Shown in pieces: positions 37,693-48,130 of a stretch of 64,000 bases of DNA; position 1 is the stretch's first letter; every line of letters begins with the position of its first letter. Below the pieces are notes generated by a model. The model saw only the letters and a program-made list of their open reading frames with translations, ran no database searches and was not told the DNA's origin. The DNA comes from Candidatus Hydrothermales bacterium (GTDB taxonomy: Bacteria > Hydrothermota > Hydrothermia > Hydrothermales > JAJRUZ01). Location of the stretch: NCBI GenBank assembly GCA_039630575.1, contig JBCNUW010000005.1, positions 1-64,000 on the forward strand, written 5' to 3'. A program made the position numbers and the translations under genes.

Positions 37693-39036
37693 TTAAAAAA
37701 TCTTCCCTGGGTTCAAAATACCTTTTGGATCAAAAATTCTTTTAATATCCCTTTGTATCTTATATAAAAAAGGGTTTGTTTCCTTTTTGAATCCCCTTTT
37801 TTTCAAATATCCTACTCCATGTTCAGCTGTAATTGTACCCCCCCTTTTTATCACAAGTTCCCAAATTTTTTCTGAAATTTCCCTTACCGATTTCTTTTCT
37901 TCTTCTTTATAAGTTAAATTTATATGAATATTTCCATCTCCAAGATGTCCAAATATGTAAGGCTCTTTTTTGTAAATTTGAAATAAATTTTTAACATCCT
38001 CTATAAAGTTTTGAGCCGTTGTAATTGTTAAGCATATATCTTCTGAGTGAACTTTAAATCCTTTCTTTTCTGTTTCATAAAACATTTTTTTTCTTATATC
38101 CCAAATTCTCTCAACTGAGCTTTTATCATCTCCTATGAAGATTTTTTCTATTTTTTCTTTTTCTACAAGATGGTAAAATTTTTCTAAAAGGCTTTCAATT
38201 TCTTTTTCACTACCATCAAATCCTATAAAAAGTAGGGAACTTTCTTCAGGAAAGTATTCTTTAATTTTTTCTTTAACAAGACCTACACATCCCTTATCCA
38301 TAAACTCTATTATGGAAGGGAAAAATTTGTTTTTGATAAGGTTTATTACAAAATTAAAAAGATTTTCGTTTCTCCCGAAACTCATTACCATAAGCACTTC
38401 TTTTTCTGGTCTTGGAATGAGCTTTAATTTTATTTTTGTAAATAGAGCAAGAGTTCCCTCAGAGGAGCAAAGTAAATTTAAAAGGTTATAACCTGTTTTC
38501 CATTTTCTTGTTCCCCTTCCAATGTTTACAATACTTCCGTTAGGTAGTACACATTCAAGCTCAATTAAATAGTTTGATGTTACACCATATTTATAAGCTC
38601 TTGGTCCACCAGCATTTGTTGCTATGTTTCCCCCTATTGTGCAGGAATCAAGACTTAAAGGATCAGGTGGATAAAAGAGATTTTCCCTTAAAAGAACTTT
38701 ATTTATATCACCTGTAATTACTCCAGGCTCTAGAGTTATAGTTTGATTAACAAAATCGACATCTATAATTTTATTCATTCTCTCAAAAGAAATTACACCA
38801 CCCTTTAATGGTACGGAGCCTCCCGAAAGACCTGTTCCACCTCCTCTTGGTGTTATGTATATGTTCTTTTTAAAACAAAACTTAACAAACTCTGAAAGGT
38901 CTTCATTTTTTTCTGGAAGAAAAACAAATTCAGGTATTTTCCCCTTTATAGGTGATTCATCGTACGAATACTTTATTAGTAGATATTCTTCTTTTAGTAA
39001 TTTATCATCAAATTTTGATGGGAAAAAATTTTTTAT
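37693..39036 (-). CDS. FAD-binding oxidoreductase, GlcD/D-lactate dehydrogenase family (extends upstream of the ORF-track start; start probably non-canonical)
   Basis: In-frame upstream extension contains YSYDESP...PRGGGTGLSGGSVP; body has YPPDP, TIGGNIATNAGG, SEGTL, GHLGDGNIH, AEHGVG, FDPKGILNPGK. Confidence 0.88.
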   Translation of the reverse strand: MKNFFPSKFDDKLLKEEYLLIKYSYDESPIKGKIPEFVFLPEKNEDLSEFVKFCFKKNIYITPRGGGTGLSGGSVPLKGGVISFERMNKIIDVDFVNQTITLEPGVITGDINKVLLRENLFYPPDPLSLDSCTIGGNIATNAGGPRAYKYGVTSNYLIELECVLPNGSIVNIGRGTRKWKTGYNLLNLLCSSEGTLALFTKIKLKLIPRPEKEVLMVMSFGRNENLFNFVINLIKNKFFPSIIEFMDKGCVGLVKEKIKEYFPEESSLLFIGFDGSEKEIESLLEKFYHLVEKEKIEKIFIGDDKSSVERIWDIRKKMFYETEKKGFKVHSEDICLTITTAQNFIEDVKNLFQIYKKEPYIFGHLGDGNIHINLTYKEEEKKSVREISEKIWELVIKRGGTITAEHGVGYLKKRGFKKETNPFLYKIQRDIKRIFDPKGILNPGKIF

Positions 39037-39043
39037 TTTTTCT

Positions 39044-39565
39044 TTAAAATCCTAAACCTTTTAATCCGATAATTGTTAATGCTGCTGCACCTAAGAGTAT
39101 AAAGAGGAAAAAAGCTACTACAACTGGAATAAGAACTACTACTATTGCCTTAGCAAGATCAAGTTGATGAACAATCTGAGTTATTTTTACTGTAACAACT
39201 ATTATCCAGATTCCTGCAAGAGTAGAAAGAAAAGCACCAATAAAGGGTACGACCGATACCCATTGTAAGATATAGGTCATCGCTATTGGTATATAGTAGG
39301 AAATATACTCTCCCTTTCCACCTAAAATTCTTGCAATTATCCACAATATCCCGATACCTATAAAGGATAAAATAACTGCAAGTATTGGAAGTGTTATTAT
39401 GCCAGGGATAATTTTAAGTGAACCTATTGCGCCAGCAATTCCTGCAATTGCCACAATTAAAATTGACCAGAGGAAATTTTCCCTTTTTTCAGAAGCTTCT
39501 TTTATTGCTTCTTCCTTAAGTTGAATAATATTGAGAGCCCTTTCGATTATTTTTCCAAAGTCCAT
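39044..39565 (-). CDS. Yip1-family membrane protein
   Basis: About 5 TM; ARILGGKG.Y, VPFIG, IVHQL..KAIVVVLIP. Confidence 0.75.
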   Translation of the reverse strand: MDFGKIIERALNIIQLKEEAIKEASEKRENFLWSILIVAIAGIAGAIGSLKIIPGIITLPILAVILSFIGIGILWIIARILGGKGEYISYYIPIAMTYILQWVSVVPFIGAFLSTLAGIWIIVVTVKITQIVHQLDLAKAIVVVLIPVVVAFFLFILLGAAALTIIGLKGLGF

Positions 39566-39597
39566 TTTTAAAAAATTTATAAGAGGGAATAGAACCT

Positions 39598-42255
39598 TTA
39601 GTTTAAAAATTTTATATTAACTTTTATTCTAAAGTCAAAATTTCTTCTTTCACCGTTATACTTTGGGTTATTGATATAAAAGGGAAGATATACGTTTATT
39701 GATACTTTGTCTTTATGAAAATTTTTTTTAAAAAATAAACCTAAGTTCCAAAAGTTATCTTCACCCCATAAAGTTTTCTCATAGAATAATCCTATATTTT
39801 TAAAACTTTTTTCAAGTAAAAATAAAAATAATTTTTTAAACTTCAAAAGCCTATATCCTTTTAAATATCCGTTTTCTGGTATAAAGGTGTAATTGCCCGA
39901 AAAAATGAAGTTTCTTTCAATTTTAAAGTTTAGAATATCATAGAAGGAGTTAGAAAAGTTAGAGAAATATTCTTGTTTAGGAAAATTTCCTTCAATTTTT
40001 CCATAATAAAATTTAAGTTTGAATTTAAAAGGAAAAAACTCGTTTACTTCATCAAAAAAAGGAGACAAAAAAGTTTCATAAACGAAGGAAATTTTTTTAA
40101 AACTTAAGTCACCGGAGATTTTCTGTGGATAAATTTCTATAAACGCGTCAAGTTTACTATAAAATAAATCAGTTCTTGGAAATAAAGTAAACCCAAATCT
40201 GAATCCACCGTAATTTACACTATCAAAAAAGCTACTTCCTTTTTTTGAATCTTTATAAATGAATTCTATGTTAATGTGAGCACTTTTTGGATCTTTTAAA
40301 TATTTTTTAAATCTCTTCTGATATCCTGCCATAATATAGTAATTTTTTTCAAAGCTTAAAGAGTTTAAGTATATAACATTTTCATGCTTAACATAAGGGA
40401 AAAAGAAAGCGTATTTAAGATTATGGTAAAGTTTTTTTTCTTTAAAAGAATAATATACTTCACCTTCAAAATAAGGAAATCTTTTGATATAGGAGAAAAT
40501 ATAGTTAATCCCAGGAGAAAGTCCTGATTTTGGAGAATAAAATACAAAGGGATAGTAATTTAGATATAAATTTTCATCCTTTGAGTTATGTATTAGGGAG
40601 AGTTTTTTTTCAAAATTTACAGGATAAAAGTTATTTAGTCTTTTTATATCAAGAGAAAAATTATAAGGGTCAAGAGCATATTTTTGGGGTTCAAAATCTG
40701 TGTAAACTATAATTGATGTGTCTTTTTTAAAGGGTTTTAATTTGAATTTTGCTGTATCTTTTTTGTTTATGATGTAAACAAAAAGAGGATAAATAGTATT
40801 TCCATAATTTTTAATTTTTATTTTACTTATCCATTTGTTTTGAGCTTTAGTCTTTTTAACCTCTTTTATCCCGAAATCTGGAACAGGTAAATTTTTGACA
40901 TAACTATTTTTAATGTAGTCCAAGGGCTCTCCATAAATTTTTTCAGCTTCTTTGAAAAAACTGTCGGTATCAGGATGTTTGAATTTAAAACTTCTATAAT
41001 ACTCTTTTAAAAATTCTTTGAATTTTTCTTCTCCCATTATGTCAAAAAGCATTGCGTATATGTGTGATCCTTTTGAATAAACGGTAAAGTAGTTATTCTT
41101 AAAAGCATGGGAAGGAAGTAAAAGAGTATCGTCAAATCCTTCTCTTATAGTTTCAGTTATTTCTTTTGTATTTAAATAAAAGACTTTTAGATCTTTTTCT
41201 TTTTTAAATTTGTAAAAATCTGTAATAAAGGTAGCACCACCTTCATCGAGCCAAGCCTCATCTGCTTGGTTGGTTGCTAAAACTCCCATAAAATATGTAT
41301 GGGCTACCTCATGAAGTATCAGAGAAAAATCATCATTACCACATAGAATAACTCCAGGATATTCCATACCACCATCTATTATACCATCAACCGCTTTTAA
41401 CCATTTGTATGGATACTCACCAAATAATTCTTTTAGAAAGTTATAGGCTCTAACTGTTCTTATTAAAAAAGAATCTTTGTAAGATTTATTTTCTTTTCTA
41501 TAGAAACTTAATATATAAGTACTATCTATTAGAGTATCTTGAAACAAAAATAGAGGGCTGCAGGAAAAAAAGAAGTCAACTACATTATTAGCTTTGAAAA
41601 TTACTTCTTTTTCATTTTCAGTTACTGAGGTGTCATTTTTTGAAAGACATTCTCCTACTCCTGCGATTATATAATTACCAGGAAGTTTAATTTTTACAAG
41701 AAAGTTTGAAAAGTTGTGATAAAATTCAGAAAAGAAACTCCATTTTCTTTTATGCCATCCCTTTTTGTCATATACACACATAATGGGGAAAAATTGTCCA
41801 AAATCATAGTGTTTAAAATTTCTTCCAGCTCTATATCTTAATATCTTAGGGATTTTTGTTCTGAAGAATATAGAAAAATTTATTGAGTCTTTGGGTTTTA
41901 ATTTTTCACTGAGAAATATTTGTAAAATTGTTTCATCTAATTTAAATTTAATTTTTTTGTTTTTTATTTTTATGGAGTCAATTTCTGTAAAGGCGTCTTT
42001 CAAAAATTTTCCGGTTATGCTTAAAAAAGAAACAACATAATCTTTAAAGAGAACTTTAGTAGCTTCTGTGTTGAAATTTTTTAGACCGTTTGTGTAGAGG
42101 TAAAGATAAAGTTCACTTAGAGTATCAGGAGAAAAATTTTTATATGTAATTTCTTCACAGCCTTTAAGTATTTGGGTAAAGGTGTCAAGTTCTAAGTTTA
42201 TCTTATAGTTAACTTTTTGTTCCCAAAATATTATGAAAAATAAAATTATTTTCAT
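39598..42255 (-). CDS. M1 family metalloaminopeptidase, probably secreted
   Basis: GGMEYP, HEVAH...WLDEG (HExxH-x18-E), VYSKG, FKFKHP. Confidence 0.9.
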   Translation of the reverse strand: MKIILFFIIFWEQKVNYKINLELDTFTQILKGCEEITYKNFSPDTLSELYLYLYTNGLKNFNTEATKVLFKDYVVSFLSITGKFLKDAFTEIDSIKIKNKKIKFKLDETILQIFLSEKLKPKDSINFSIFFRTKIPKILRYRAGRNFKHYDFGQFFPIMCVYDKKGWHKRKWSFFSEFYHNFSNFLVKIKLPGNYIIAGVGECLSKNDTSVTENEKEVIFKANNVVDFFFSCSPLFLFQDTLIDSTYILSFYRKENKSYKDSFLIRTVRAYNFLKELFGEYPYKWLKAVDGIIDGGMEYPGVILCGNDDFSLILHEVAHTYFMGVLATNQADEAWLDEGGATFITDFYKFKKEKDLKVFYLNTKEITETIREGFDDTLLLPSHAFKNNYFTVYSKGSHIYAMLFDIMGEEKFKEFLKEYYRSFKFKHPDTDSFFKEAEKIYGEPLDYIKNSYVKNLPVPDFGIKEVKKTKAQNKWISKIKIKNYGNTIYPLFVYIINKKDTAKFKLKPFKKDTSIIVYTDFEPQKYALDPYNFSLDIKRLNNFYPVNFEKKLSLIHNSKDENLYLNYYPFVFYSPKSGLSPGINYIFSYIKRFPYFEGEVYYSFKEKKLYHNLKYAFFFPYVKHENVIYLNSLSFEKNYYIMAGYQKRFKKYLKDPKSAHINIEFIYKDSKKGSSFFDSVNYGGFRFGFTLFPRTDLFYSKLDAFIEIYPQKISGDLSFKKISFVYETFLSPFFDEVNEFFPFKFKLKFYYGKIEGNFPKQEYFSNFSNSFYDILNFKIERNFIFSGNYTFIPENGYLKGYRLLKFKKLFLFLLEKSFKNIGLFYEKTLWGEDNFWNLGLFFKKNFHKDKVSINVYLPFYINNPKYNGERRNFDFRIKVNIKFLN

Positions 42256-42596
42256 TTTCTATAGATTACACAAAAATTTTCATCTTGCCAAAGTTCAACT
42301 TCTTTAATAGAAAAAATTTTTGCTATTTCTTTAAAGAAGTATTCTGCTAAATTTTCAGTAGATGTTAAAAAGGGATATTTCAAATTTAAATCTTCATTTT
42401 CATAGGGAACAAGTTCATCAATAAAGTTTTTTATTTCCATAAAATCGATTGTATAGCCCTCTTTATTTTTTTTGTTTGTCTCAATTGATACAATAAGTGT
42501 GTAGTTGTGATAATGGGGCTCTTCAGGTGCTCCTTTATATGATAAAAGATGGTGTCTTGCCCTAAAACTTTTTTTATATTTAAGTATGAAGGACAT
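42252..42596 (-). CDS. 6-pyruvoyl-tetrahydropterin synthase / QueD family (Glu-type active site)
   Basis: FRARHHL, EEPHYHNY, IDF..IK, DLN, STENLA, VELWQD; no active-site Cys. Confidence 0.8.
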   Translation of the reverse strand: MSFILKYKKSFRARHHLLSYKGAPEEPHYHNYTLIVSIETNKKNKEGYTIDFMEIKNFIDELVPYENEDLNLKYPFLTSTENLAEYFFKEIAKIFSIKEVELWQDENFCVIYRK

Positions 42597-44164
42597 TATA
42601 AAAGACCTCCTTTTTTTCTAAGATAAATTTCTAACGAATAAAGTATTATAAACATAAAAAGAAAAAATGGACTTTCTAAAAAAAAGATTTCTCTTTTATT
42701 TATCTTTTCTGATTTTTTTATTTTTATCTTTTCATCTAAGTTTATTTTTTCTCCTCCTGTTATTTCTCTTGCAGTTTCAAGGAAGGAAATATCATAATAC
42801 CTTTTTTTAATTCTTTCCTCTTTTATTATTAAGTTGAAATTTTTGTTAAAGATATTTACTTTATAGTTTCCCTTTATAAATTTTATTGAAGGAGACTCGT
42901 ACAAATCGTCTGATAATTTTTTTAACAAAAAATTTTTTTCATTTAGTTTAAATTTAGCTGTTTCTTTCATTTCTCCAAACTTTTTTATTAAAAATGATAA
43001 TTTAAATTCTCCTTCCTTTTCTACTTCTGAAAAAAGAGGAACAATTTTAGGTTTTAAATTTGGTAGAAAATTCTTCTTTATAACTTCAATTAACAGCTTT
43101 TCAAAATCTCCGTTTGTAGCAAGGTTTATTTTCCACAAGTCAGGAGATGCAATTAAGAGTTTTTCTTTATCCCTTAAAATGAGGGCAAATTTTTTTTTGT
43201 TACAATAAAGGGGTAAAACTGTATCACCCTTTAAATTTCTCTTTATTTCTATTTTATCAACGTTTAATTCTTTATTAGTTTCGAACTCAAATTCACCTTC
43301 AAGGATTGTATCAGGTATAAATACTAAAATAGCTTTGGAGTCTTTATCAGATTCCTTGAATATATTTATGTAAAAATCATATTCTCCCTTTAATTCGTTA
43401 TAGATTCTTCCGTTTATATCAATTTCGATATTGGCATTTAAGTAGTTTTTAAAAAATCTATTTAGAAATCCAACTATAGGGTGATAGTGTAGGGATGTAA
43501 TTTTTATCTTTGTGTTTAAGTCAAGATCGGTTACATAGAGATTTTCTTCTGTGTTCAGAGCAGTAAAGGTTATTCTTCTTGTGGTGTTTGGTATAAATTC
43601 AGGAATGTAGTAGTAATTTTCAATAATTTTTATACTTTTCTTTTTAACATCATTTTCAAAAATTTCGAGTTCAATGTCTTTTCCCTCCACTAAAAATCCC
43701 TCTTTCTTTTCTTTTCTTACAAGGTAAAGTGGGTTTACTTTGAATTTTTTACTTTGGAATTTTTCTGAGTATAGGTAATTAAATTTTATATTATTTACAG
43801 ATAACAGGTTTAAAATTTCTTTTTTTTGGTTATAGTGAAATTTTCCTAAGTAAAATATTTCTGAGTTTTTAATTTTTTTTATTGAGCTTAAAAAATCTTC
43901 TTCTTTATTAATTTTTATTATGTTAAAGTCTAAATTTTTTACCTTTTTTAAAAATTCTTCTTCTATATCACTTTCAAGTAATAGCAAAGGTTTAATTTTT
44001 GATTTTTCTTCTATTTTTATTGAAAAATTTTGTAGAAAAAGAAAAAGGAAAAAAAGGGAAAGGGTTCTTAAAAGAATTAATCTTTTTGCCTTTTTTTCTT
44101 TATAGTAAAGAAAAAGTGCTATAAGAAAACTTAAAAAGAGACTAAAAACTAATTTGTAGATCAA
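42596..44164 (-). CDS. Hypothetical membrane-anchored protein
   Basis: N-terminal TM pair (LFLYY...LLRTLSLFFL) and C-terminal TM ending LEIYLRKKGGLL; TTG 44164 is a more plausible start than 44242. Confidence 0.6.
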   Translation of the reverse strand: MIYKLVFSLFLSFLIALFLYYKEKKAKRLILLRTLSLFFLFLFLQNFSIKIEEKSKIKPLLLLESDIEEEFLKKVKNLDFNIIKINKEEDFLSSIKKIKNSEIFYLGKFHYNQKKEILNLLSVNNIKFNYLYSEKFQSKKFKVNPLYLVRKEKKEGFLVEGKDIELEIFENDVKKKSIKIIENYYYIPEFIPNTTRRITFTALNTEENLYVTDLDLNTKIKITSLHYHPIVGFLNRFFKNYLNANIEIDINGRIYNELKGEYDFYINIFKESDKDSKAILVFIPDTILEGEFEFETNKELNVDKIEIKRNLKGDTVLPLYCNKKKFALILRDKEKLLIASPDLWKINLATNGDFEKLLIEVIKKNFLPNLKPKIVPLFSEVEKEGEFKLSFLIKKFGEMKETAKFKLNEKNFLLKKLSDDLYESPSIKFIKGNYKVNIFNKNFNLIIKEERIKKRYYDISFLETAREITGGEKINLDEKIKIKKSEKINKREIFFLESPFFLFMFIILYSLEIYLRKKGGLL

Positions 44165-45023
44165 CTTTGTGAAGATCTTGGAAAAGACCTGATGGTAAAA
44201 AGGAGTAAAAAAGTGAAACATTTTTAACTGATAAAAAAACACCTACTCCAAAACCAGTTAAAACGCGGTGTAGTCCTTCAGATTCTACTGTTTCTTTCCT
44301 TCTTGAATCAAAATTTATTGCTAAACTTATGAATCTATTTAGTTCTAAAAGAGAGGATAACCTGAAGGAAATTAGATTGTCTTCTATTGAAAACCCAAGC
44401 GATGGTTTAAAGCTTTTAAAATTGTTTTTAAAATTGGTTGAAAGGGAAAAGGAAATTTCATAAGGTAAAGAACTTGCTTTACTGTTTGTGGGTATACCGA
44501 TATTTCTTAAATCAAGGGAAGTTTTAAGGGGTAACATGTTAAAATAGAAATTTTTTAAAATAGAAAAGTCAAAAGCAAAAGCATATGATGAAAATTCTTT
44601 TAATTTAACATATAGAATTTTTAAACTTAACCCCTTTTCTGTATTTAAAAATTTTTTAAAGGGGATAAAAGGTATACCTATAATCATACCAAGATGATTA
44701 GGGTAAATTACTTCACCGGTTTTAAATCCACTTTTATCAGTTACCTCAAATTTACCTGCGTTAAAAGAAAAAATAGCTGCAGCTATTTTTTTGAAATTAA
44801 AAGATAAATACACTGTGTATATATCAAGAAAGTAAGGGGTATAACCGGTTGATAGAATGAACTTATCTATAGTATTTTCGTTAGGGATGGGTCTAAAAAA
44901 TATTTTTGAGGTTTCAAAGTTTTCAAAAAAGTGATTGTCTTTTTGAAGAGCTTCAACTCCTGTAAAGGGGATTCGAACATAGTCAAAAGTTAAAAAAGAG
45001 AACAATAAAATTGATATGTTCAT
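44142..45023 (-). CDS. PorV/PorQ-like outer-membrane beta-barrel protein
   Basis: FNAGKFEVTDKSGFKTGE, AFAFDFS, LRNIG, LPYEI, GFGVGV; alternating beta pattern and C-terminal Phe. Confidence 0.65.
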   Translation of the reverse strand: MNISILLFSFLTFDYVRIPFTGVEALQKDNHFFENFETSKIFFRPIPNENTIDKFILSTGYTPYFLDIYTVYLSFNFKKIAAAIFSFNAGKFEVTDKSGFKTGEVIYPNHLGMIIGIPFIPFKKFLNTEKGLSLKILYVKLKEFSSYAFAFDFSILKNFYFNMLPLKTSLDLRNIGIPTNSKASSLPYEISFSLSTNFKNNFKSFKPSLGFSIEDNLISFRLSSLLELNRFISLAINFDSRRKETVESEGLHRVLTGFGVGVFLSVKNVSLFYSFLPSGLFQDLHKVDLQISF

Positions 45024-45096
45024 TTTTTAAAGAATAAAGTAAAACTATTGAATTAATCAAGAAGGTAATTTATAATTAAAAGGAGGAATAATATAT

Positions 45097-47706
45097 ATGA
45101 AACTTTTATTTCTTTTTTTAGGTATTTCAAAATTAACTGTTAATTTTCATACCGTGAGTTTTGATCCCCTAAAGGATAAAATCCCTTTGGTTTTTCCAGA
45201 GCTTGAAGGCTCTTATAAAAAGGGTATAAACTACATTTTGATTCAATTTAGGGAAATACCACTTCCACAGGAAAGAGAGATTTTCTCTTTTTCTTATGGA
45301 ATAGAATTTACTCCCTGGTATATTCATGAAAACACTTTTATTGTTAAGATTAATTCTCCAGAACCTGAGAAAAAGGTAAAGGAGCTTTCTTTATTAGAAA
45401 ATGTTAGATGGGTTTCTCTTTATAAACCTCTTTATAAATTTACTTTTGAAGCCTTTGATTTATACTTACGGGAAAAAGATGTTAAGCACAGATTTTACGT
45501 CCATGTCTTTGACGTTTCTTATCTTGATGAGCTTGTTTTAATCTCTGAAAAACTTGGTGCAGAAATAGAATATGTTGATCATAGGAAAACTGAAGAGGAA
45601 AGACATCTTTGTTCTTTTGGTTTAAAAATAGAACCTTTTAAACTTTCAGAAATTGCTAATCACCCTGGAGTTTATGTAATTGGTAGAAATTATGATAAGA
45701 TGACTTTTAACGATGCATCAAGATGGGTGATTCAAACAAATGTGAGTGTGGATACATCAATATGGAGAAGGGGAATACACGGTGAAAATGTTATTATTGG
45801 GCATAATGATGACGGACTTGATCCAAATCATTGTTTCTTTAATGGAACTGTTCTTGGTCAGAACAAGATAGTCTATCTTTTTGATTATAATGGAGGAGGT
45901 TTTGCAAATGGTGCTCATGGAACCCATACAGCTGGTTCAGCCTGTGGCGGAACTGATCAACAGAGTTCAAATTTACAGTATAGAGGAATGGCTTACAAGG
46001 CTCGTCTTATTTCACAGGAACCTATTGGAGCAGTTCCTCCTGGTTTTTACTCTATATTGATGGATGCCTATAATTTGGGTGCAAGAGTTCATACAAATTC
46101 TTGGGGCTATCAGTGTTTTGCATTATTAAATTATTGTGGGGCAGGTGGTTATGAGGGAGAGGCAATCGATATTGATAATTTTGTTTGGAATTACAATGAC
46201 ATGACAGTTCTCTTTGCTGCTGCAAATGGTGGTGATTGTGTTTCACCTTTTACTTGTGGAAATGGAAGGAGGATGTCTCGTCCAGCTACTGCAAAGAATG
46301 ATATAACAGTGGTTGCGACTAGGAGAGCACCTAATCAAGAATATAAAGCTAATTGGAGTTCCTATGGAGCGCCTAGTAATCTTGGAGATAACCGCTTGGG
46401 CACAGATATTACAGCTCCTGGTGAGAATGTATATTCAGCTGATAACGAAACTGCATGTGCAGTTCTTACAATGTCAGGGACATCAATGGCTACACCCACA
46501 GCAGCAGGAGCAGCTGCTTTAGTTATACAGTACTTTAAAGAGGGTTTTTATGGAAATGGTACAAGAAATTCAGCACCTTCTCATAATCCTTCATCTGCTC
46601 TTGTTAGAGCAGTTCTGTTAGCATCAGCAAGAGATATGCAATATGATGTTGATAATAATGAAGGAGGACCAGCTAACTCAGGTGTTCCGAACATTTATGA
46701 GGGTGCAGGTAGGATAACGCTTGAGGATGCTCTTTGGTTTGGTGAGACAAGGAAACTTTTATTTGTTGATGGTGATTTACCTGCAGGTGATAACCAGTTA
46801 ACAACTGGTGATTCTATTTCTTATAGGGTTAATGTTTTAGGTAGTGATTTTCCTTTAATTATAGTTCTTTCATGGATTGATTATTTTGGGAGTGCAAACA
46901 CCTATCCTGTAATAGTGAATGATCTTGATCTTAAGGTAATAAGTCCAACTGGTACGATTTATAGGGGGAATTATACTTCAGGTGGATGGTCTATTCCAGG
47001 TGGTTCCTTTGATAGGTTAAATTTATGGGAACTTTTTAAGCTTCAGAATCCAGCAATAGGAGAATGGAGGATCGTAATAAGGGCTTATAGAATAACACAA
47101 CCTAAGCCAGCAGGAACAAAATATCCCTTTGCTTTAGTTGTTACAGGGAATATAGGACAAATTCAAAAGCTTTCATCTGTGGAGAGTTTTTTTGCTTTAT
47201 CTTCAACATCTGAGGGTGTTTTAATAACTTTCCATTATGGAGGTCTTGTGGATAGACTTTTAATATACAAAAAAGATGAGAGCGATTTTAAAATTATTTC
47301 TGAGAATAGTTTTGTGAGAACGCCTTTTAAGTATGTAGATAAAGATGTTAAGGAGGGTAAGGAATATGAGTATAAAGTTTTAGCGTTAACTTCTGAAGGA
47401 GTTTTTCATTATGGTCCTTTAAAGATAAAGTATGATTTTAAGTTTAATTCTTTTGAACTTAGTACAAATATTACAGGTTCGAAGCTAAAAATTTTATTTA
47501 CAACATTTTATAAGGATGAGATAGAGATAAATTTATATGATATAGGAGGAAAAAGAGTACAGAGATTGATGAACAAATTTCCTTTTGATAGGGGATTATA
47601 CAGTATAGAGTTTGAATTAGGAGGTTATGGTATAAAACCTGGAATTTATTTTTTAGAATTAAAGGGAAGAAAGATAAATAAGAGGGAGAAAGTGATTCTT
47701 TTTTAA
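45097..47706 (+). CDS. Subtilisin-like S8 serine peptidase with T9SS-like C-terminal sorting domain
   Basis: Catalytic DDG, HGTHTAG, GTSMATP; VNDLDL domain; tail LYDIGGKRV...GIYFLEL...EKVILF; SD AGGAGG. Confidence 0.92.
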   Translation: MKLLFLFLGISKLTVNFHTVSFDPLKDKIPLVFPELEGSYKKGINYILIQFREIPLPQEREIFSFSYGIEFTPWYIHENTFIVKINSPEPEKKVKELSLLENVRWVSLYKPLYKFTFEAFDLYLREKDVKHRFYVHVFDVSYLDELVLISEKLGAEIEYVDHRKTEEERHLCSFGLKIEPFKLSEIANHPGVYVIGRNYDKMTFNDASRWVIQTNVSVDTSIWRRGIHGENVIIGHNDDGLDPNHCFFNGTVLGQNKIVYLFDYNGGGFANGAHGTHTAGSACGGTDQQSSNLQYRGMAYKARLISQEPIGAVPPGFYSILMDAYNLGARVHTNSWGYQCFALLNYCGAGGYEGEAIDIDNFVWNYNDMTVLFAAANGGDCVSPFTCGNGRRMSRPATAKNDITVVATRRAPNQEYKANWSSYGAPSNLGDNRLGTDITAPGENVYSADNETACAVLTMSGTSMATPTAAGAAALVIQYFKEGFYGNGTRNSAPSHNPSSALVRAVLLASARDMQYDVDNNEGGPANSGVPNIYEGAGRITLEDALWFGETRKLLFVDGDLPAGDNQLTTGDSISYRVNVLGSDFPLIIVLSWIDYFGSANTYPVIVNDLDLKVISPTGTIYRGNYTSGGWSIPGGSFDRLNLWELFKLQNPAIGEWRIVIRAYRITQPKPAGTKYPFALVVTGNIGQIQKLSSVESFFALSSTSEGVLITFHYGGLVDRLLIYKKDESDFKIISENSFVRTPFKYVDKDVKEGKEYEYKVLALTSEGVFHYGPLKIKYDFKFNSFELSTNITGSKLKILFTTFYKDEIEINLYDIGGKRVQRLMNKFPFDRGLYSIEFELGGYGIKPGIYFLELKGRKINKREKVILF

Positions 47707-47842
47707 ACTTAAATTTTAAATTAAAAATAAATTTATACTTTTTATAGATTTAGAACCTTTTAAATAGATAAAAAAAATATTAAAAAAAATTAATAAGGGA
47801 TGCTAATTTTTTTTATAATAAACTTTAAAGGAGGTCTAAAAG

Positions 47843-48130
47843 ATGGAAAAAATAAAAAAAGAGGATGAAGTTTTTTGGAGAACTCCTCTTGATTACAGAG
47901 AAATAAAAAGAACAAAGGGTAATGTGATAATTTTAGAAGACATTTGTAAGGGTTGTTCTTTTTGTATAGAGTTTTGTCCGACAAATTCACTTTCAAGATC
48001 TGAAAAGTTGAATTCAAAGGGGTATCATTTTCCTATATTTAATCCTGAGAACTGTACAGGTTGTGGGTTCTGTGAAAAGATATGTCCAGAGCTGGCTATA
48101 ATTGTTGAAAAAGTTGAGGTAAAAGTATGA
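47843..48130 (+). CDS. korD: 2-oxoacid:ferredoxin oxidoreductase delta subunit (2x[4Fe-4S])
   Basis: CKGCSFCIEFCP and CTGCGFCEKICPELAI; SD AAGGAGG. Confidence 0.88.
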   Translation: MEKIKKEDEVFWRTPLDYREIKRTKGNVIILEDICKGCSFCIEFCPTNSLSRSEKLNSKGYHFPIFNPENCTGCGFCEKICPELAIIVEKVEVKV

